From: a virus
IMG/VR virus record: IMGVR_UViG_3300032116_015770
Reading direction: 5' to 3' (one strand)
Length of the DNA: 64,000 nt
Part shown: positions 15,234-26,329 of the stretch, piece after piece
Numbering within the stretch: position 1 is the first letter of the stretch
Layout: each line of letters starts with the position of its first letter
The notes under the pieces: model-generated
Seen by the model: only the letters and a program-made list of their open reading frames with translations
The model's database searches: none
What the model was told of the DNA's origin: nothing
Position numbers and translations under genes: made by a program

Positions 15234-18212
15234 ATGTCAACACTAATTAAACCGCTGCTGCACGGCAGTGTTGCTGAATCTTTACTTAATGAAATTAATA
15301 CACGAGCAGGGAGATACTACTATTTCCTTGGTAAAGTATTAACATGGTCAGATGAAACAGACCCTCCGTTGCCGGTTGATAGTGTAGAATATGAAAGAGA
15401 AGTAAGAAGAAATATTGTTATTGTTAAAGAAATTAGACCAGGGGATGTTAGTTTAATTATTGATAGAGTTAATTGGACATCTGATACCGTTTATGACATG
15501 TATGATGATAGAATTTCTGATGAGTTAGACGGTATCAATTTGGTGTCAGGGGGTACAGGGTATTCTAATAACCCAACTGTAACTATTTCTGGTGGTGGGG
15601 GATTTGGTGCTAAAGCTAATGCACTAACTAACACCGGGATAATTACAAGTATTGTTATGACCGATAGGGGGTATGGTTATAATTCTACTCCTACAGTTAC
15701 TATTACTGATCCTTATGGAAGTAATGCAAATGCAATCGCCGTACTCTCTCGTGCCACTTCTGGGGCTGCTAACCTACAGTCCTCTAATTTTTATGTTGTC
15801 AATGATGAATTTAATATTTACAAATGTTTAGACAATAACAACGGTGGAAGATCAACATTTAAACCAACTGATACAGGATTTGATGCCTTCTCTCTGCCAG
15901 ACGGTTACGTTTGGAAATACATGGGTTCAGTTCCTCCTTCTTTAAGACATAAATTTGCTTCAAGAACAAAAGTACCTATTGTTAGAGCCGTAAATGAAGC
16001 GTTTTATTCCGGTGGTGAGATTAAAAAAATTAGTATATTAGACACTGGAAATAATTATAATACTGCTTCACTCACCATCACAGGTGATGGTTATCTAGCC
16101 GGTGATCAGTATTACTTGTCTACATTTACGATAACTAATAGCGGCTCAGGATACTCGACCGCTACGGTTTCTATTGACCCTCCTGTATTTGGTTCATCTA
16201 CATGGTTACCAAATCTCTTAGTGTATGTAGGTACGTATTTAAATTATGATAATAACTATTACATCGTTGTAAATGGAGGTACAACTTCTACACAACCTCC
16301 TGTTCACACGGTAGGTGTAGAAGCCAATGGGTCTACAGGTTTAAAATTCTTAGGCAAGCGTGCAACTGCTAATGCAGTAATTTCTAGCGGTCAAGTAACC
16401 TCTATCGTACCAGATGGTAGTTTAAGATCTATTACTGCTATCGATAGCGGTACTGGATACGCTTATGCTCCAACTATATCCTTTACTGGAGGTAGTGGGT
16501 CTGGAGCAAATGCATATGCAGTCGTTTCAAATGGATCAGTAGTTTCGTATGTTATAACGAATATTGGTTCTGGATATACTTCACCTCCTACGGTTGTGGT
16601 AGGGCGCCCATGGGTAGCAAATGCTAAAGTTGAACTTAATGAACAAATTTATAATGGTGAATATCTATACACTATTACAGATGTAGATATTGATGGTACT
16701 ATAAGAGAAGCTAATGTCACATATGGTGGTAGTGGTCTAGCTCTAGGAAATGGTTATATTAAAGCACCTAACGTAACATTTGTTGGTGGTGGGGGTAATA
16801 ACTTATCGGCTTTTGCTCAAATTCATAATAATGCTATTGCAAATATTTTCATAACTAATATTGGTAACGATTATACATCAGCACCAACGGTAGTTATTGG
16901 AGATCAATGGGCAGCTAATTTAAATGTTATAGCAAATACTCAAATATTCTATTTAAGTAACTTATACACCGTTTTAAATACAGGTAACTTAAATACCACA
17001 GCTCCATTACATGTATCCGGTACACAACAATTAGGTACTTCCAACTTAAGGTTTGAAGGAAATATTGCTACAGCTACGGTAAGTTTATATAGATCAAATT
17101 TCCTAAACACCACAGCCCCTACCCATGTAGTAGGTACAGTTAAATTAGGTGGAGCTAATGTCACAATAGCTGGTACTCACGCCGAAGCTACTGCAGTGTT
17201 AAAGTATGGTTCTGGGTATAATTATACTCCTAACTTAACTATTTCCGGTAATGGAACCAACGCTGCTGGCTCAATTGCAGTTACAAAATCAGAAGCTCTA
17301 ATTAGACCAATTTTAGATAACGGTAGAATTGTTAGAGTAGCTATAGATGACGGTGGTACAGGATATACATATGCAGTTATAAATGTTATTGGTGACGGGT
17401 CTAATGCAAAATTCTTCATAGATTTTTCACCTGGAGATCTTATATCACTACAATCTTCTATTGAACTATTAGCTAACGAGGGCGGCATTCACGCGGCAAA
17501 AGTTATATCCGGGGGGTACAGCTACCCTGGTACTACCGCCAATGTTACTATTACTGGAGATGGTACAGGTGCTACCGCCACAGCGTCAGTGTTAGGTGGT
17601 AAGGTAACTAAAATAAACATAATTACCCCGGGCACAGGGTACTCCAAAGCTAACGTTAATATTATTTCAGAAGTTGGAAGAGGTGCGTCCGCTCGCGCTA
17701 TTTACCCTCCTAAAGGAGGGCACGGTAAAGATATTGTTCAAGAATTATTTGCAAGAGCTATAGCTTTTTATAGTAATGTTTCTGACGATACTAATCAAGG
17801 GTTTGATGTAGATAACGACTATCGTCAATTTGGTATCATAAAATCTATTTCAAATTATGATGATCCAAGGTATTTTAATGAATCTATCGGTTCTGCATGC
17901 TGGGTAATTTCGGGAGTGATGAGTCCTAGTGTTTTTGCACCAGATAGAATAATTACTAGTACATTCTCCGGTGGTAAGTTTCTCATAGTAGCTTCTACTA
18001 CTACTGGCGTTTTAGTACAAGCATTAGATAATATTGATCCAACTGTGGGTGAAAATTTCTTTACTGACACAGGTGAGGCCTTTGTAGCCACTGGAATTAC
18101 TAAACCAGCCGTGGATAAATATTCCGGAGATTTAATGTACATAGACAATCGTCTTGCATTTACCCCTTCTACAGAACAAGCAGTTTCATTGTTAACAGTA
18201 TTTACATTCTAA
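15234..18212 (+). CDS. gp8: baseplate wedge subunit with large inserted repeat domains
   Basis: YDMYDD, FYVVND.FNIYKCLDNN, DGYVWKY, PKGGHG, DYRQFGII, VDKYSGDLMYIDNR. Confidence 0.85.
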   Translation: MSTLIKPLLHGSVAESLLNEINTRAGRYYYFLGKVLTWSDETDPPLPVDSVEYEREVRRNIVIVKEIRPGDVSLIIDRVNWTSDTVYDMYDDRISDELDGINLVSGGTGYSNNPTVTISGGGGFGAKANALTNTGIITSIVMTDRGYGYNSTPTVTITDPYGSNANAIAVLSRATSGAANLQSSNFYVVNDEFNIYKCLDNNNGGRSTFKPTDTGFDAFSLPDGYVWKYMGSVPPSLRHKFASRTKVPIVRAVNEAFYSGGEIKKISILDTGNNYNTASLTITGDGYLAGDQYYLSTFTITNSGSGYSTATVSIDPPVFGSSTWLPNLLVYVGTYLNYDNNYYIVVNGGTTSTQPPVHTVGVEANGSTGLKFLGKRATANAVISSGQVTSIVPDGSLRSITAIDSGTGYAYAPTISFTGGSGSGANAYAVVSNGSVVSYVITNIGSGYTSPPTVVVGRPWVANAKVELNEQIYNGEYLYTITDVDIDGTIREANVTYGGSGLALGNGYIKAPNVTFVGGGGNNLSAFAQIHNNAIANIFITNIGNDYTSAPTVVIGDQWAANLNVIANTQIFYLSNLYTVLNTGNLNTTAPLHVSGTQQLGTSNLRFEGNIATATVSLYRSNFLNTTAPTHVVGTVKLGGANVTIAGTHAEATAVLKYGSGYNYTPNLTISGNGTNAAGSIAVTKSEALIRPILDNGRIVRVAIDDGGTGYTYAVINVIGDGSNAKFFIDFSPGDLISLQSSIELLANEGGIHAAKVISGGYSYPGTTANVTITGDGTGATATASVLGGKVTKINIITPGTGYSKANVNIISEVGRGASARAIYPPKGGHGKDIVQELFARAIAFYSNVSDDTNQGFDVDNDYRQFGIIKSISNYDDPRYFNESIGSACWVISGVMSPSVFAPDRIITSTFSGGKFLIVASTTTGVLVQALDNIDPTVGENFFTDTGEAFVATGITKPAVDKYSGDLMYIDNRLAFTPSTEQAVSLLTVFTF

Positions 18213-18222
18213 TAGGTAAAAA

Positions 18223-21200
18223 ATGGCAATTGATTTTAATGTAGCTCCTTACCATGATGATTTTTCACCGAGCTCAAGATATTATCGCATATTATATAAA
18301 CCTAGTCGTTCAGTTCAAGCTCGTGAATTAACTCAAATGCAATCGATTCTTCAGAATCAGATTGCAGCAATGGGTACTAATGTATTCAAAGAAGGAACTA
18401 TAATTTTAGGTGGTAAAACATTTTTTTACGTTATAGATTATGTAACTATCACAGGGACCTCTACCCCTACCGAATTTGTAGATAAAGTTATTGTAGGTGT
18501 AACTTCAGGTGCGAGAGCTCGAGTTATTCAGGTAACCCCATATGAAGTTTTCGATAGCGTAACATACCCACCTGCCCTCCATTTTCAATACATTGATGGT
18601 ACCGAAACATTTCAGGCCGGTGAAGCGATTGTTATTGAGGGAACCACTACCACAGTAACTTTAACTGACAATGCATTGTTCTCTGGTAAGTCCAAAGTTT
18701 ACAACATCCAAGATTCTGTTTTTTTTACTAACGGTTTTTTTGTATTTTGCCCTTCACAAACTGCAGTAGTAGGTCGATTAACTTCGGTACCTTCAGCAAT
18801 CATTGGTTTAAAAATAAAAGAGGGTATAGCTAACTCTGACGATGATCCGTCTTTATTAGATCCTGCAGTTGGTTCTAATAATTACTTTGCACCCGGTGCA
18901 GACCGTTATTTTATTGACTTAGAATTATCTGTTATTAATTTTGATCCAGATGTAGAAGGCTCTGAAGATCAAGAAATTCCTAACTTTATTCAGCTTGCAA
19001 AATGTTACTACGGTGACTTATTAAATCCTCCATTAAAAACAGATTTTAATGAAGTTGAAAGTATGATGGCGCGTAGAACTTACGATGAATCTGGTGATTA
19101 TACAGTAAGACCGTTTATTGCGCAAGTAGTTAATCATAGATACGGAAGTAATTTAGCTCATTCTATTAAAGTATCTACAGGTAAAGCTTATGTTCGTGGT
19201 TATGAATTTGAAACTACAGCTCCACTTTATTTAACTTTAGATAGAGCATTAGACACAGCAAGAGACTCCGACTTCCCTGTAGTACTGTCTTATGGTAATT
19301 ATATACAAATAAATGAACCTACGGGGATGTTTTATCCTACCAAGGCTGAATTAGTTTACTTAAGTAGAAGTACTGCACCTAATGTTAGTTATTCAAGCAA
19401 TGCAGCTTTTCAAGCTAATGTAGTCGGTACAGCCCGAGTAAGATATGTTGACTGGTCCGGTACGGGTAATGTTTATAATATGTACCTGTACAACATTGCC
19501 ATGAAAACAGATAATGTTACCGGCGCTAGTAACGTATTTTCAGAAACTAACAGTATTATTTCAGCCACTATTAGTGGAGCTTCTGTAACTCCTCTAGCTA
19601 ATAGTAATGTATTAAGTTTTGGTAATGCTGCTATTATATCACCGCAAAGAGATAATACCTCTTTATTCCTAATACCTCAGAGATTTGTTAAAACCTTAAC
19701 ACCAAACGCAGTTTCAAATATTTCGTTTTTAGGCGGGACATTATTTGAAGACGTTCAATTTACATCTGTAGGTGGTGGAAAATCTTCCGGTCAGATTGAG
19801 GTTGGTTTACCTAATAGATTTACTGGAACAGGTGAATTATCTGCTACTTTATCTAATTCATACTATCAAGGTGTAGTAGTTACATCTGCATCTGGTCCTC
19901 CGGTAGGTACCAGATTAATATTTGGTGTAACAGGTAAGTCTAATGTCGTGGTATCTTCTACAAGTTCTTTATCCAGAAGTACGCTTACTGTAACCGATGG
20001 TGGGTCGTTCACAGCAAATATTTTTGCTGTTGTAAATTATAGACAAGGCTCGGCTGGTAGTAAATTAAAAAATGCAAATACCAGAGTCAAAGTAGTTACG
20101 GCAGATCCAGACGGAAACGTTACAGGCAATCTTTTAGCCGTTATTTCTTTAGATTATCCTGATGTATCAGCTATTAATAGTGTTATTGATGCCACAGGTA
20201 ATTCTGCCGCATCCTTTTTTACTTTGGATACAGGTTTGCGTGATGATTATTATGAGCACGCTACTTTAAGAGCTCTTCCAGGTAATAACATTCCATTACT
20301 TAATGTTACAACTAACCCTAATCTTACAATTACTTATACAGTTTTAGAACATACTGATGTAAATCAAACCGGTTATTTTACTGTCGATTCCTATCAAAAT
20401 CTTGATTTTGCTGATATACCTACCTACACAAACGCACAAGGTAGAAAAGTAAATCTTTCAGACGTATTAGATTTTAGAGCAGTGAGATTACCAAATAGCA
20501 ATACATTTGTTTCACCTGTAGTTCCAGTTCCAGATTCCACATTTACTACAACTGTAGATTATTACTTACCTAGAAAAGATAAAATTGTAATTACTAAAGA
20601 TAGAAAGATGAAGGTCATAAAAGGTGTTCCTGCAAAAACACCTACCTTACCTTCTGATCTAACTGATGCAATGACAATTTATACCATCACTCTTGCACCG
20701 TATACTGCTAGACCTGAGGATGTAAAGTTAGTATATAATGAGAACAAGCGTTATACAATGCGCGATATAGGTAAATTAGAAAGAAGAATTAATAAACTAG
20801 AATATTATACTGCACTAAGTTTCTTAGAGAAAATTGCAGCTGATGAAAAAGTACCAAGCGCTCTTCCAGGTATCGATAGATTTAAAAATGGAATTATGGT
20901 AGATTCATTTGCTGGTCACTCGGTAAGTGATGTAGGTAATAAAGATCTAAGATGCTCCATTGATTACGAACGTAGATTACTACGACCAATGTTCGTAGCT
21001 GATTCCTATCTATACTCGGTATTACCTCAATCAAATAATTTTAAGTTAAGTGGTGATATTTTAACAATAGATTATAGAGAAGCTATTGGAGTTGTGGATC
21101 AAACTTTAGCATCCAACACTGTACCACTAATGCCTTTTGCTGTATTCAATTGGGTAGGTACAATGAAGTTAAGCCCTCAAACTGACTTCTGGAAGGATAC

Positions 21201-24200
21201 CAAAACTAACCCAGCGGTTATTTTTAATTTAAATGGTGAGAATGATCCGTTTACTATTATTGAACCTAAAAACGGATTTAATGCCACTGCATCTCAGATG
21301 AAATTCTCCAACTGGGAGAACACTGGTATTACAGATTTACAAGTAACAGGTTCTACTGAAGTAAGAGTTGATAACAATTTAGAGTTAAAGACCGATGGTC
21401 TTAATTTATCAGCGGGGATTACCTCACAAGCCACAGCTACAACTACAGTTAATACATCTTATAAACAAGTTCAAGGTAGAGTAGGATTAGAAATTAACTC
21501 GGCTGAACGTGTTATTAATGCAAGTATAGGTAATAGAATCGTTGATTCTAGTTTATTACCTTATATCCGCCCAAGAACTATTGAATTTGTAGCTCAACAG
21601 TTAAAACCTAATACTAAATTATTTGCTACTTTTGATAATATAGATGTTTCTGATTATGTTTTCCCTGCTGCGCGTATTAGAATTAACTCTAATTTAAATA
21701 ATGCAAACGTACGTTATTTGTCAAACACTATGTCTGGTGGTGGGCTTTATGCAAATGCAAGCGTTATTTTCCAAAGAAAAGATGGTCCTAATGTTACCGT
21801 ATTATTTGTAAGACATTCTGGACAATCTAATGTATTTGCTGTAGGTAACGTAGCTACTCTTTACCTAGATACAGGTGTAACGGCTACTCATGCTGTTACA
21901 GGGGTTACCTTCCCGTCCACAGAAGATGGATTAATAACCACTGAAAGAGGGGAAGCTGTTGGTGTATTTGCAATTCCAAATAATGACGCTATGAGATTTA
22001 ATGTAGGTGAACGTGCATTTAGACTATCCAATAGTTTGAATAGAGATTTAGAAGAGACAGTAGCAGAAACAATTTATCTTGCTCAAGGTATTACCCAAAC
22101 AAGAGAAGAAGCTATAGTTGCTACCCGAGTAAAAGATGTAAGTATTAATCCCGTGTTCCAGACTAAAGCTGGAGCAACAGTAAACAAAACTACCTCAACA
22201 ACAGTTACTGGGCCGGCGACATCCGCTGAATCTAATTCTGTAGCACTACCTGGGGGATCTTCTCGTACTTTATTTTGCGGTGAAGGAGCTAAAGCATCTG
22301 GTGGTATTGGATCCGCTGTCGGAAATCCGAACAACCCTGGTTCCGCCCCAGGGACTGGAATTGGGGTAGATGTAGGTACAGGGCAAGGTGTCCATGATTT
22401 TAGAATTAATCTTGGTGTAAAAACAGGACTAGTTAGAATTAGATGCTGGCACACTCCAGCAATAATTAATACCTATACAACAGGTGTCATGGGTGGTTTT
22501 ATGAGTTGGACATCAGTTAAGGCTTCTGATTCCGGGCAACCTGAAAAATTTACCGTAAGGTACAGAGGTGAAGAATATACTACAGGGTTTATTGGTAATC
22601 GTAATTTTAATCAAAGATTGTTAGATTTAGGTTATGAAGATGTGTTTAGTGCACCTCCAGGGGGATTTGCTGACATTACTTTCTTTAAACACGATATAGG
22701 TGAAGAGTTTTGTCATATAACAGTTGATGCTCCTATGCCAGGAACAGGGTGGCAATTTGCTGCTATTGCCTGCCCTAATACACTACCAGAGACAGCACCA
22801 GGTCAATGTTCAATTAGAGCAGCAGATGCACACGCATTCTTTATTGAAGAAGACGCTAGAAGAACTCTTCAAACCGTACATGGTATTTCTGGTGTAGTTC
22901 TTAGTGAAGTGGACCGTGAGGTTATTAGAACTTCTAGGTCTAAAGGTGATTATAAGTTTACAATTTCTAATCCTTCACAAGCTCGAACTTCTAGAACATA
23001 TAAAGCTGAGGACGATAGCGTCTACACGGATAGATCTATTACTATTAATTCTATTTCTGTAGATACTAGTAAGATGACTGCCCTAGATAATTTCTCTTAT
23101 GAAATTATTACAACTGGAGAATCCAAAGGTAACGACGATGCAGAAGGGCTTAATCCTGATAGAACAGATGCAAGACTAGGTGGTAGGTGGACCAATACTT
23201 TAGGTTCTTTACCAGTTACACTTTTACCTGGTCAATCTAGAACATTCTCTTTAAGACTATTTAAAGATAGCCCTAGACCATCTGTAGGTCGCTCAAAAGG
23301 GCCTAAAGGTAGATTAATTGTAACCGCTGATGTTGAAGGACCTACCGGCCCGGCAACACTTGCAAAAGTAAATGCAATTACAGGTAAACTTGAAATTGAT
23401 ACCGTGGTAGGTAGTTCTGCTAGATCCACAACAGTTCAGTACTATGACCCTGTTGCTCAAACTTTTATCGTTGATGCAAGATCTTTCCCAGATGGTTACT
23501 TCTTAAGCTCAATTGATCTATGGTTCCAATCTAAAGACCCTGTACAACCGGTTCAAATTCAAATTAGACCAGCTATCGAAGGTAGACCAAGTGCAGATAT
23601 AGTTTTACCTTTCGGGACTAAAACTTTAGCTGCAGAGGATATTGTAGCTTCAACTACATTTGATCAAAGTAAATTTACAAGATTTAAATTTGACACACCA
23701 GTATACTTAACACCTCAAGAATACGCTGTAGTTGTTTTATGTATGTCTACTGAAGCCAGACTATACATCTCAACATTGGGTCAATTTAAACTTGGTACTA
23801 CTACCCCTGAGAGAATTAGAGAACAGCCGTATCTAGGTGAATTGTTCTTATCTCAAAATGCTCGTTCATGGGTACCTGAACCATTATCTGATTTAACTAT
23901 CAGAGTTAACAGAGCTAGATTCTTGACAGAAAATACAGCTAATGTTACAATGGCTTCAACTACACCGGTAGCTAATACTGAATATGATCTATTCTATACT
24001 CAGGGTGATTTAATTGAATTCGCTGATACATTTACATCCTATGCTTTCTTAACCTCAACACCTAGTTATGATGGTGGAGGTAATATTATCGGGGCGTTAT
24101 CTGATATTCAATACTTACGCTATAATTTAGGTACTAATTACCCTCTTAATACTAGAAAAGTGGTATTGAGAGCAAGCGGTGAAACATTGAAGCTTAATTT

Positions 24201-24705
24201 ATTAATGGCATCTACAAGTGATTATATTTCCCCGGTAATTGATATGGGTAGATTAGGTTCCGTTCTTGTACGTAACATTATTAACAATGATGCAACTGGT
24301 GAAGATGGTATAGCAGGAGGAAATGCTCAAGCCCGCTATATCACTAGAAAGGTTGTTTTAAATCCGGACTTCGAATCACAAGATATTAAAGTCTATTTAA
24401 ACGCATTCTTACCTAAGAACTCAAGTATTAAAGTATATTATAAAGTTAATGCTCCAGGTACTACTAACTTTGAGTTAGAAAATAGATGGACATTGATGTA
24501 TGAAACAAATAAGGTGGGTAACGAAAGAGAAGGTTTTGCGGAATTTATTTTTGAAACATCACCTACTCTAAATGATCCATTTACAACAGCATTACCGGAC
24601 GGTGCTAAGTTTAGTATTTTCCAGATTAAGATTGTTATGTTATCGGATGATACTACCAAGGTACCGATTATTAGAGATTTGAGAGCTATTGCATTCGATG
24701 AGTGA
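18223..24705 (+). CDS. large virion protein, DUF4815/VrlC-like
   Basis: FNVAPYHDDF, VQARELTQMQSILQNQ, APGADR, ARRTYDESGDY, RYTMRDIG.LE.RI..LEYYT.LS, DRFKNG, DPVAQTF, VPIIRDLRAIA. Confidence 0.85.
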   Translation: MAIDFNVAPYHDDFSPSSRYYRILYKPSRSVQARELTQMQSILQNQIAAMGTNVFKEGTIILGGKTFFYVIDYVTITGTSTPTEFVDKVIVGVTSGARARVIQVTPYEVFDSVTYPPALHFQYIDGTETFQAGEAIVIEGTTTTVTLTDNALFSGKSKVYNIQDSVFFTNGFFVFCPSQTAVVGRLTSVPSAIIGLKIKEGIANSDDDPSLLDPAVGSNNYFAPGADRYFIDLELSVINFDPDVEGSEDQEIPNFIQLAKCYYGDLLNPPLKTDFNEVESMMARRTYDESGDYTVRPFIAQVVNHRYGSNLAHSIKVSTGKAYVRGYEFETTAPLYLTLDRALDTARDSDFPVVLSYGNYIQINEPTGMFYPTKAELVYLSRSTAPNVSYSSNAAFQANVVGTARVRYVDWSGTGNVYNMYLYNIAMKTDNVTGASNVFSETNSIISATISGASVTPLANSNVLSFGNAAIISPQRDNTSLFLIPQRFVKTLTPNAVSNISFLGGTLFEDVQFTSVGGGKSSGQIEVGLPNRFTGTGELSATLSNSYYQGVVVTSASGPPVGTRLIFGVTGKSNVVVSSTSSLSRSTLTVTDGGSFTANIFAVVNYRQGSAGSKLKNANTRVKVVTADPDGNVTGNLLAVISLDYPDVSAINSVIDATGNSAASFFTLDTGLRDDYYEHATLRALPGNNIPLLNVTTNPNLTITYTVLEHTDVNQTGYFTVDSYQNLDFADIPTYTNAQGRKVNLSDVLDFRAVRLPNSNTFVSPVVPVPDSTFTTTVDYYLPRKDKIVITKDRKMKVIKGVPAKTPTLPSDLTDAMTIYTITLAPYTARPEDVKLVYNENKRYTMRDIGKLERRINKLEYYTALSFLEKIAADEKVPSALPGIDRFKNGIMVDSFAGHSVSDVGNKDLRCSIDYERRLLRPMFVADSYLYSVLPQSNNFKLSGDILTIDYREAIGVVDQTLASNTVPLMPFAVFNWVGTMKLSPQTDFWKDTKTNPAVIFNLNGENDPFTIIEPKNGFNATASQMKFSNWENTGITDLQVTGSTEVRVDNNLELKTDGLNLSAGITSQATATTTVNTSYKQVQGRVGLEINSAERVINASIGNRIVDSSLLPYIRPRTIEFVAQQLKPNTKLFATFDNIDVSDYVFPAARIRINSNLNNANVRYLSNTMSGGGLYANASVIFQRKDGPNVTVLFVRHSGQSNVFAVGNVATLYLDTGVTATHAVTGVTFPSTEDGLITTERGEAVGVFAIPNNDAMRFNVGERAFRLSNSLNRDLEETVAETIYLAQGITQTREEAIVATRVKDVSINPVFQTKAGATVNKTTSTTVTGPATSAESNSVALPGGSSRTLFCGEGAKASGGIGSAVGNPNNPGSAPGTGIGVDVGTGQGVHDFRINLGVKTGLVRIRCWHTPAIINTYTTGVMGGFMSWTSVKASDSGQPEKFTVRYRGEEYTTGFIGNRNFNQRLLDLGYEDVFSAPPGGFADITFFKHDIGEEFCHITVDAPMPGTGWQFAAIACPNTLPETAPGQCSIRAADAHAFFIEEDARRTLQTVHGISGVVLSEVDREVIRTSRSKGDYKFTISNPSQARTSRTYKAEDDSVYTDRSITINSISVDTSKMTALDNFSYEIITTGESKGNDDAEGLNPDRTDARLGGRWTNTLGSLPVTLLPGQSRTFSLRLFKDSPRPSVGRSKGPKGRLIVTADVEGPTGPATLAKVNAITGKLEIDTVVGSSARSTTVQYYDPVAQTFIVDARSFPDGYFLSSIDLWFQSKDPVQPVQIQIRPAIEGRPSADIVLPFGTKTLAAEDIVASTTFDQSKFTRFKFDTPVYLTPQEYAVVVLCMSTEARLYISTLGQFKLGTTTPERIREQPYLGELFLSQNARSWVPEPLSDLTIRVNRARFLTENTANVTMASTTPVANTEYDLFYTQGDLIEFADTFTSYAFLTSTPSYDGGGNIIGALSDIQYLRYNLGTNYPLNTRKVVLRASGETLKLNLLMASTSDYISPVIDMGRLGSVLVRNIINNDATGEDGIAGGNAQARYITRKVVLNPDFESQDIKVYLNAFLPKNSSIKVYYKVNAPGTTNFELENRWTLMYETNKVGNEREGFAEFIFETSPTLNDPFTTALPDGAKFSIFQIKIVMLSDDTTKVPIIRDLRAIAFDE

Positions 24706-24925
24706 TCCTGAACAACTTGAAGTTATTGATAGACCTGACTTAGTTAGAGATACTCGTTCTAAAGCTATTTTATCTAGGGATGTCCAGAAACTACAGGATC
24801 ATCGTAGAAAAGTAGCTTTAATGAGATCATTAATAAATAACACCAACGATATTAATGAGCTTAAACAGGAAATTTCAGAAATTAAAGATTTGCTCCGAGA
24901 GCTCATAAAAGAAAAAAATAAATAA
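24698..24925 (+). CDS. small coiled-coil protein conserved downstream of the VrlC-like gene
   Basis: LVRDTRSKAIL...INELKQEISEIKDLL; start taken at MSDPE. Confidence 0.7.
   Translation: MSDPEQLEVIDRPDLVRDTRSKAILSRDVQKLQDHRRKVALMRSLINNTNDINELKQEISEIKDLLRELIKEKNK
24917..24924 (+). promoter_or_regulatory. late promoter (AATAAATA) for the fibre island
   Basis: Motif upstream of 24951, which has an AAGG SD. Confidence 0.5.
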
Positions 24926-24950
24926 TAAATGATTTTAACAAGGTAAACAA

Positions 24951-25487
24951 ATGGCAATTTTAACGCTGCGATTAGTTAAAGGTACACCACTTACTAACTT
25001 AGAAGTGGATAATAACTTTTCTAATCTTCTATCTGATATTAATTCAATAGAAGCAAACTCAGGTGTATTATCACAGCTAACCACTTTTAATAAATCTAAC
25101 CTGGTTTCGGCTATTAATGAAATTGCCAGCGAAAGTACCAGTAATGTTACTATTACTGGTGGTACTATTTCCGGGGTTTCTATTTCGAGTGTTAGCTTAA
25201 CTAGTAACATTTCCTTAAGAGGTAACATTTCAGACTCTTTTGGTTCTAACGTTACAATAAGTAACTCGACATTAACAGGTATTACATTACTATCCTCTGT
25301 CTTTACGGGTAATGTTATATCATCTAATGTAGAGATTTCAGGTGGAAATATCACTGCACTTACTACCCCTCTACCAGTATCTTCAGGTGGTACTGGGGCT
25401 ACTAACGGAACCCAGGCTCTTTTAAATTTAGGGCTTGATGTAGGAGCTTTTGCAGACCCAATTCCATTCGCTATAGCCTTAGGATAA
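24951..25487 (+). CDS. tail fibre anchor/adaptor protein
   Basis: LRLVKGTPLT..EVDNNF N-terminus, L.T..K..LVSAINE repeat, SGGTGA, C-terminal AIALG. Confidence 0.7.
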   Translation: MAILTLRLVKGTPLTNLEVDNNFSNLLSDINSIEANSGVLSQLTTFNKSNLVSAINEIASESTSNVTITGGTISGVSISSVSLTSNISLRGNISDSFGSNVTISNSTLTGITLLSSVFTGNVISSNVEISGGNITALTTPLPVSSGGTGATNGTQALLNLGLDVGAFADPIPFAIALG

Positions 25488-25499
25488 CAGGAGAAAAAA

Positions 25500-25838
25500 G
25501 TGGCTAATATTTTTAATCGCAAACTATCAAATAGTGTAGGGACTGCAAATACTATAATTGGTTCATATACTACTGGTGCAGGTGTTCGAACAGTTATTAT
25601 CGGTCTAACCATAGCAAACACATCTGCAGCTTCAATTACAGCAAGTATTATGTTTTCGGATAATACTGCAGGAAACACCTATATTGTTAAAGACGCACCA
25701 GTTCCAGCCGGAGGTTCTTTAGTAGCCGTAGGTGGGGATCAAAAGATTGTTCTAACAGAAGGTGACAAGATTATGGTAAGGTCATCAGCTGCATCTTCAT
25801 TAGATGCAATTATGTCTATACTAGAACAAACACCATAA
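25500..25838 (+). CDS. small beta-rich fibre-associated virion protein
   Basis: GTG start with AGGAG SD; VIIGLTIAN, YIVKDAPVPAGGSL, KIVL..GD. Confidence 0.7.
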   Translation: MANIFNRKLSNSVGTANTIIGSYTTGAGVRTVIIGLTIANTSAASITASIMFSDNTAGNTYIVKDAPVPAGGSLVAVGGDQKIVLTEGDKIMVRSSAASSLDAIMSILEQTP

Positions 25839-25847
25839 GAGGTTGAA

Positions 25848-26309
25848 ATGCCTTTAACTAAACTTAGAAATTTTAGTATAGAAGATAACAATATTACTTC
25901 AAATAAATTAGCGTCTGTTAATAGAATTATTAGCACAGCTAATATTGTATCTACGGCAGGTATTATTGGTTCCCAAAATATTGATGTTTTATCTAACGCT
26001 ACCTACCTATTTACAGGTACTACCAGTGGTAATGTTACTTTAAATTTAAGAGGTAATTCTACTACAACACTTAATGCATCTTTAGCTACCGGTGAATCAG
26101 TAGAGATTATAGCTGGAATTACTAACGGATTAACTGGTTATGTCGCTAATGTTGCTATTGATGGTGTTGTTCAAAGTACTTTATGGTCAGGTAATACCAG
26201 ACCTTCAGGAAGCTCATATAACACGGATTTATATCACTTAAGAGTATTTAAAACTGGAAGTGCCACTTATAATGTATACGGTGAAAAGGTAAATTTTGGT
26301 ACCGGTTAA
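25848..26309 (+). CDS. fibre-associated protein
   Basis: C-terminal domain paralogous to that of 26330..27106 (NIDV...N.RG.S.TTLN..L..G). Confidence 0.7.
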   Translation: MPLTKLRNFSIEDNNITSNKLASVNRIISTANIVSTAGIIGSQNIDVLSNATYLFTGTTSGNVTLNLRGNSTTTLNASLATGESVEIIAGITNGLTGYVANVAIDGVVQSTLWSGNTRPSGSSYNTDLYHLRVFKTGSATYNVYGEKVNFGTG

Positions 26310-26329
26310 TGTTTAACATAGGAATTTAA

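Noticed and set aside
24935-25678. 247-aa minus-strand ORF and many other antisense ORFs (e.g. 5815-6156, 12901-13275, 22083-22454, 46754-47047)
   Set aside because: They shadow well-supported + strand genes, lack an SD or motifs, and are expected from codon bias
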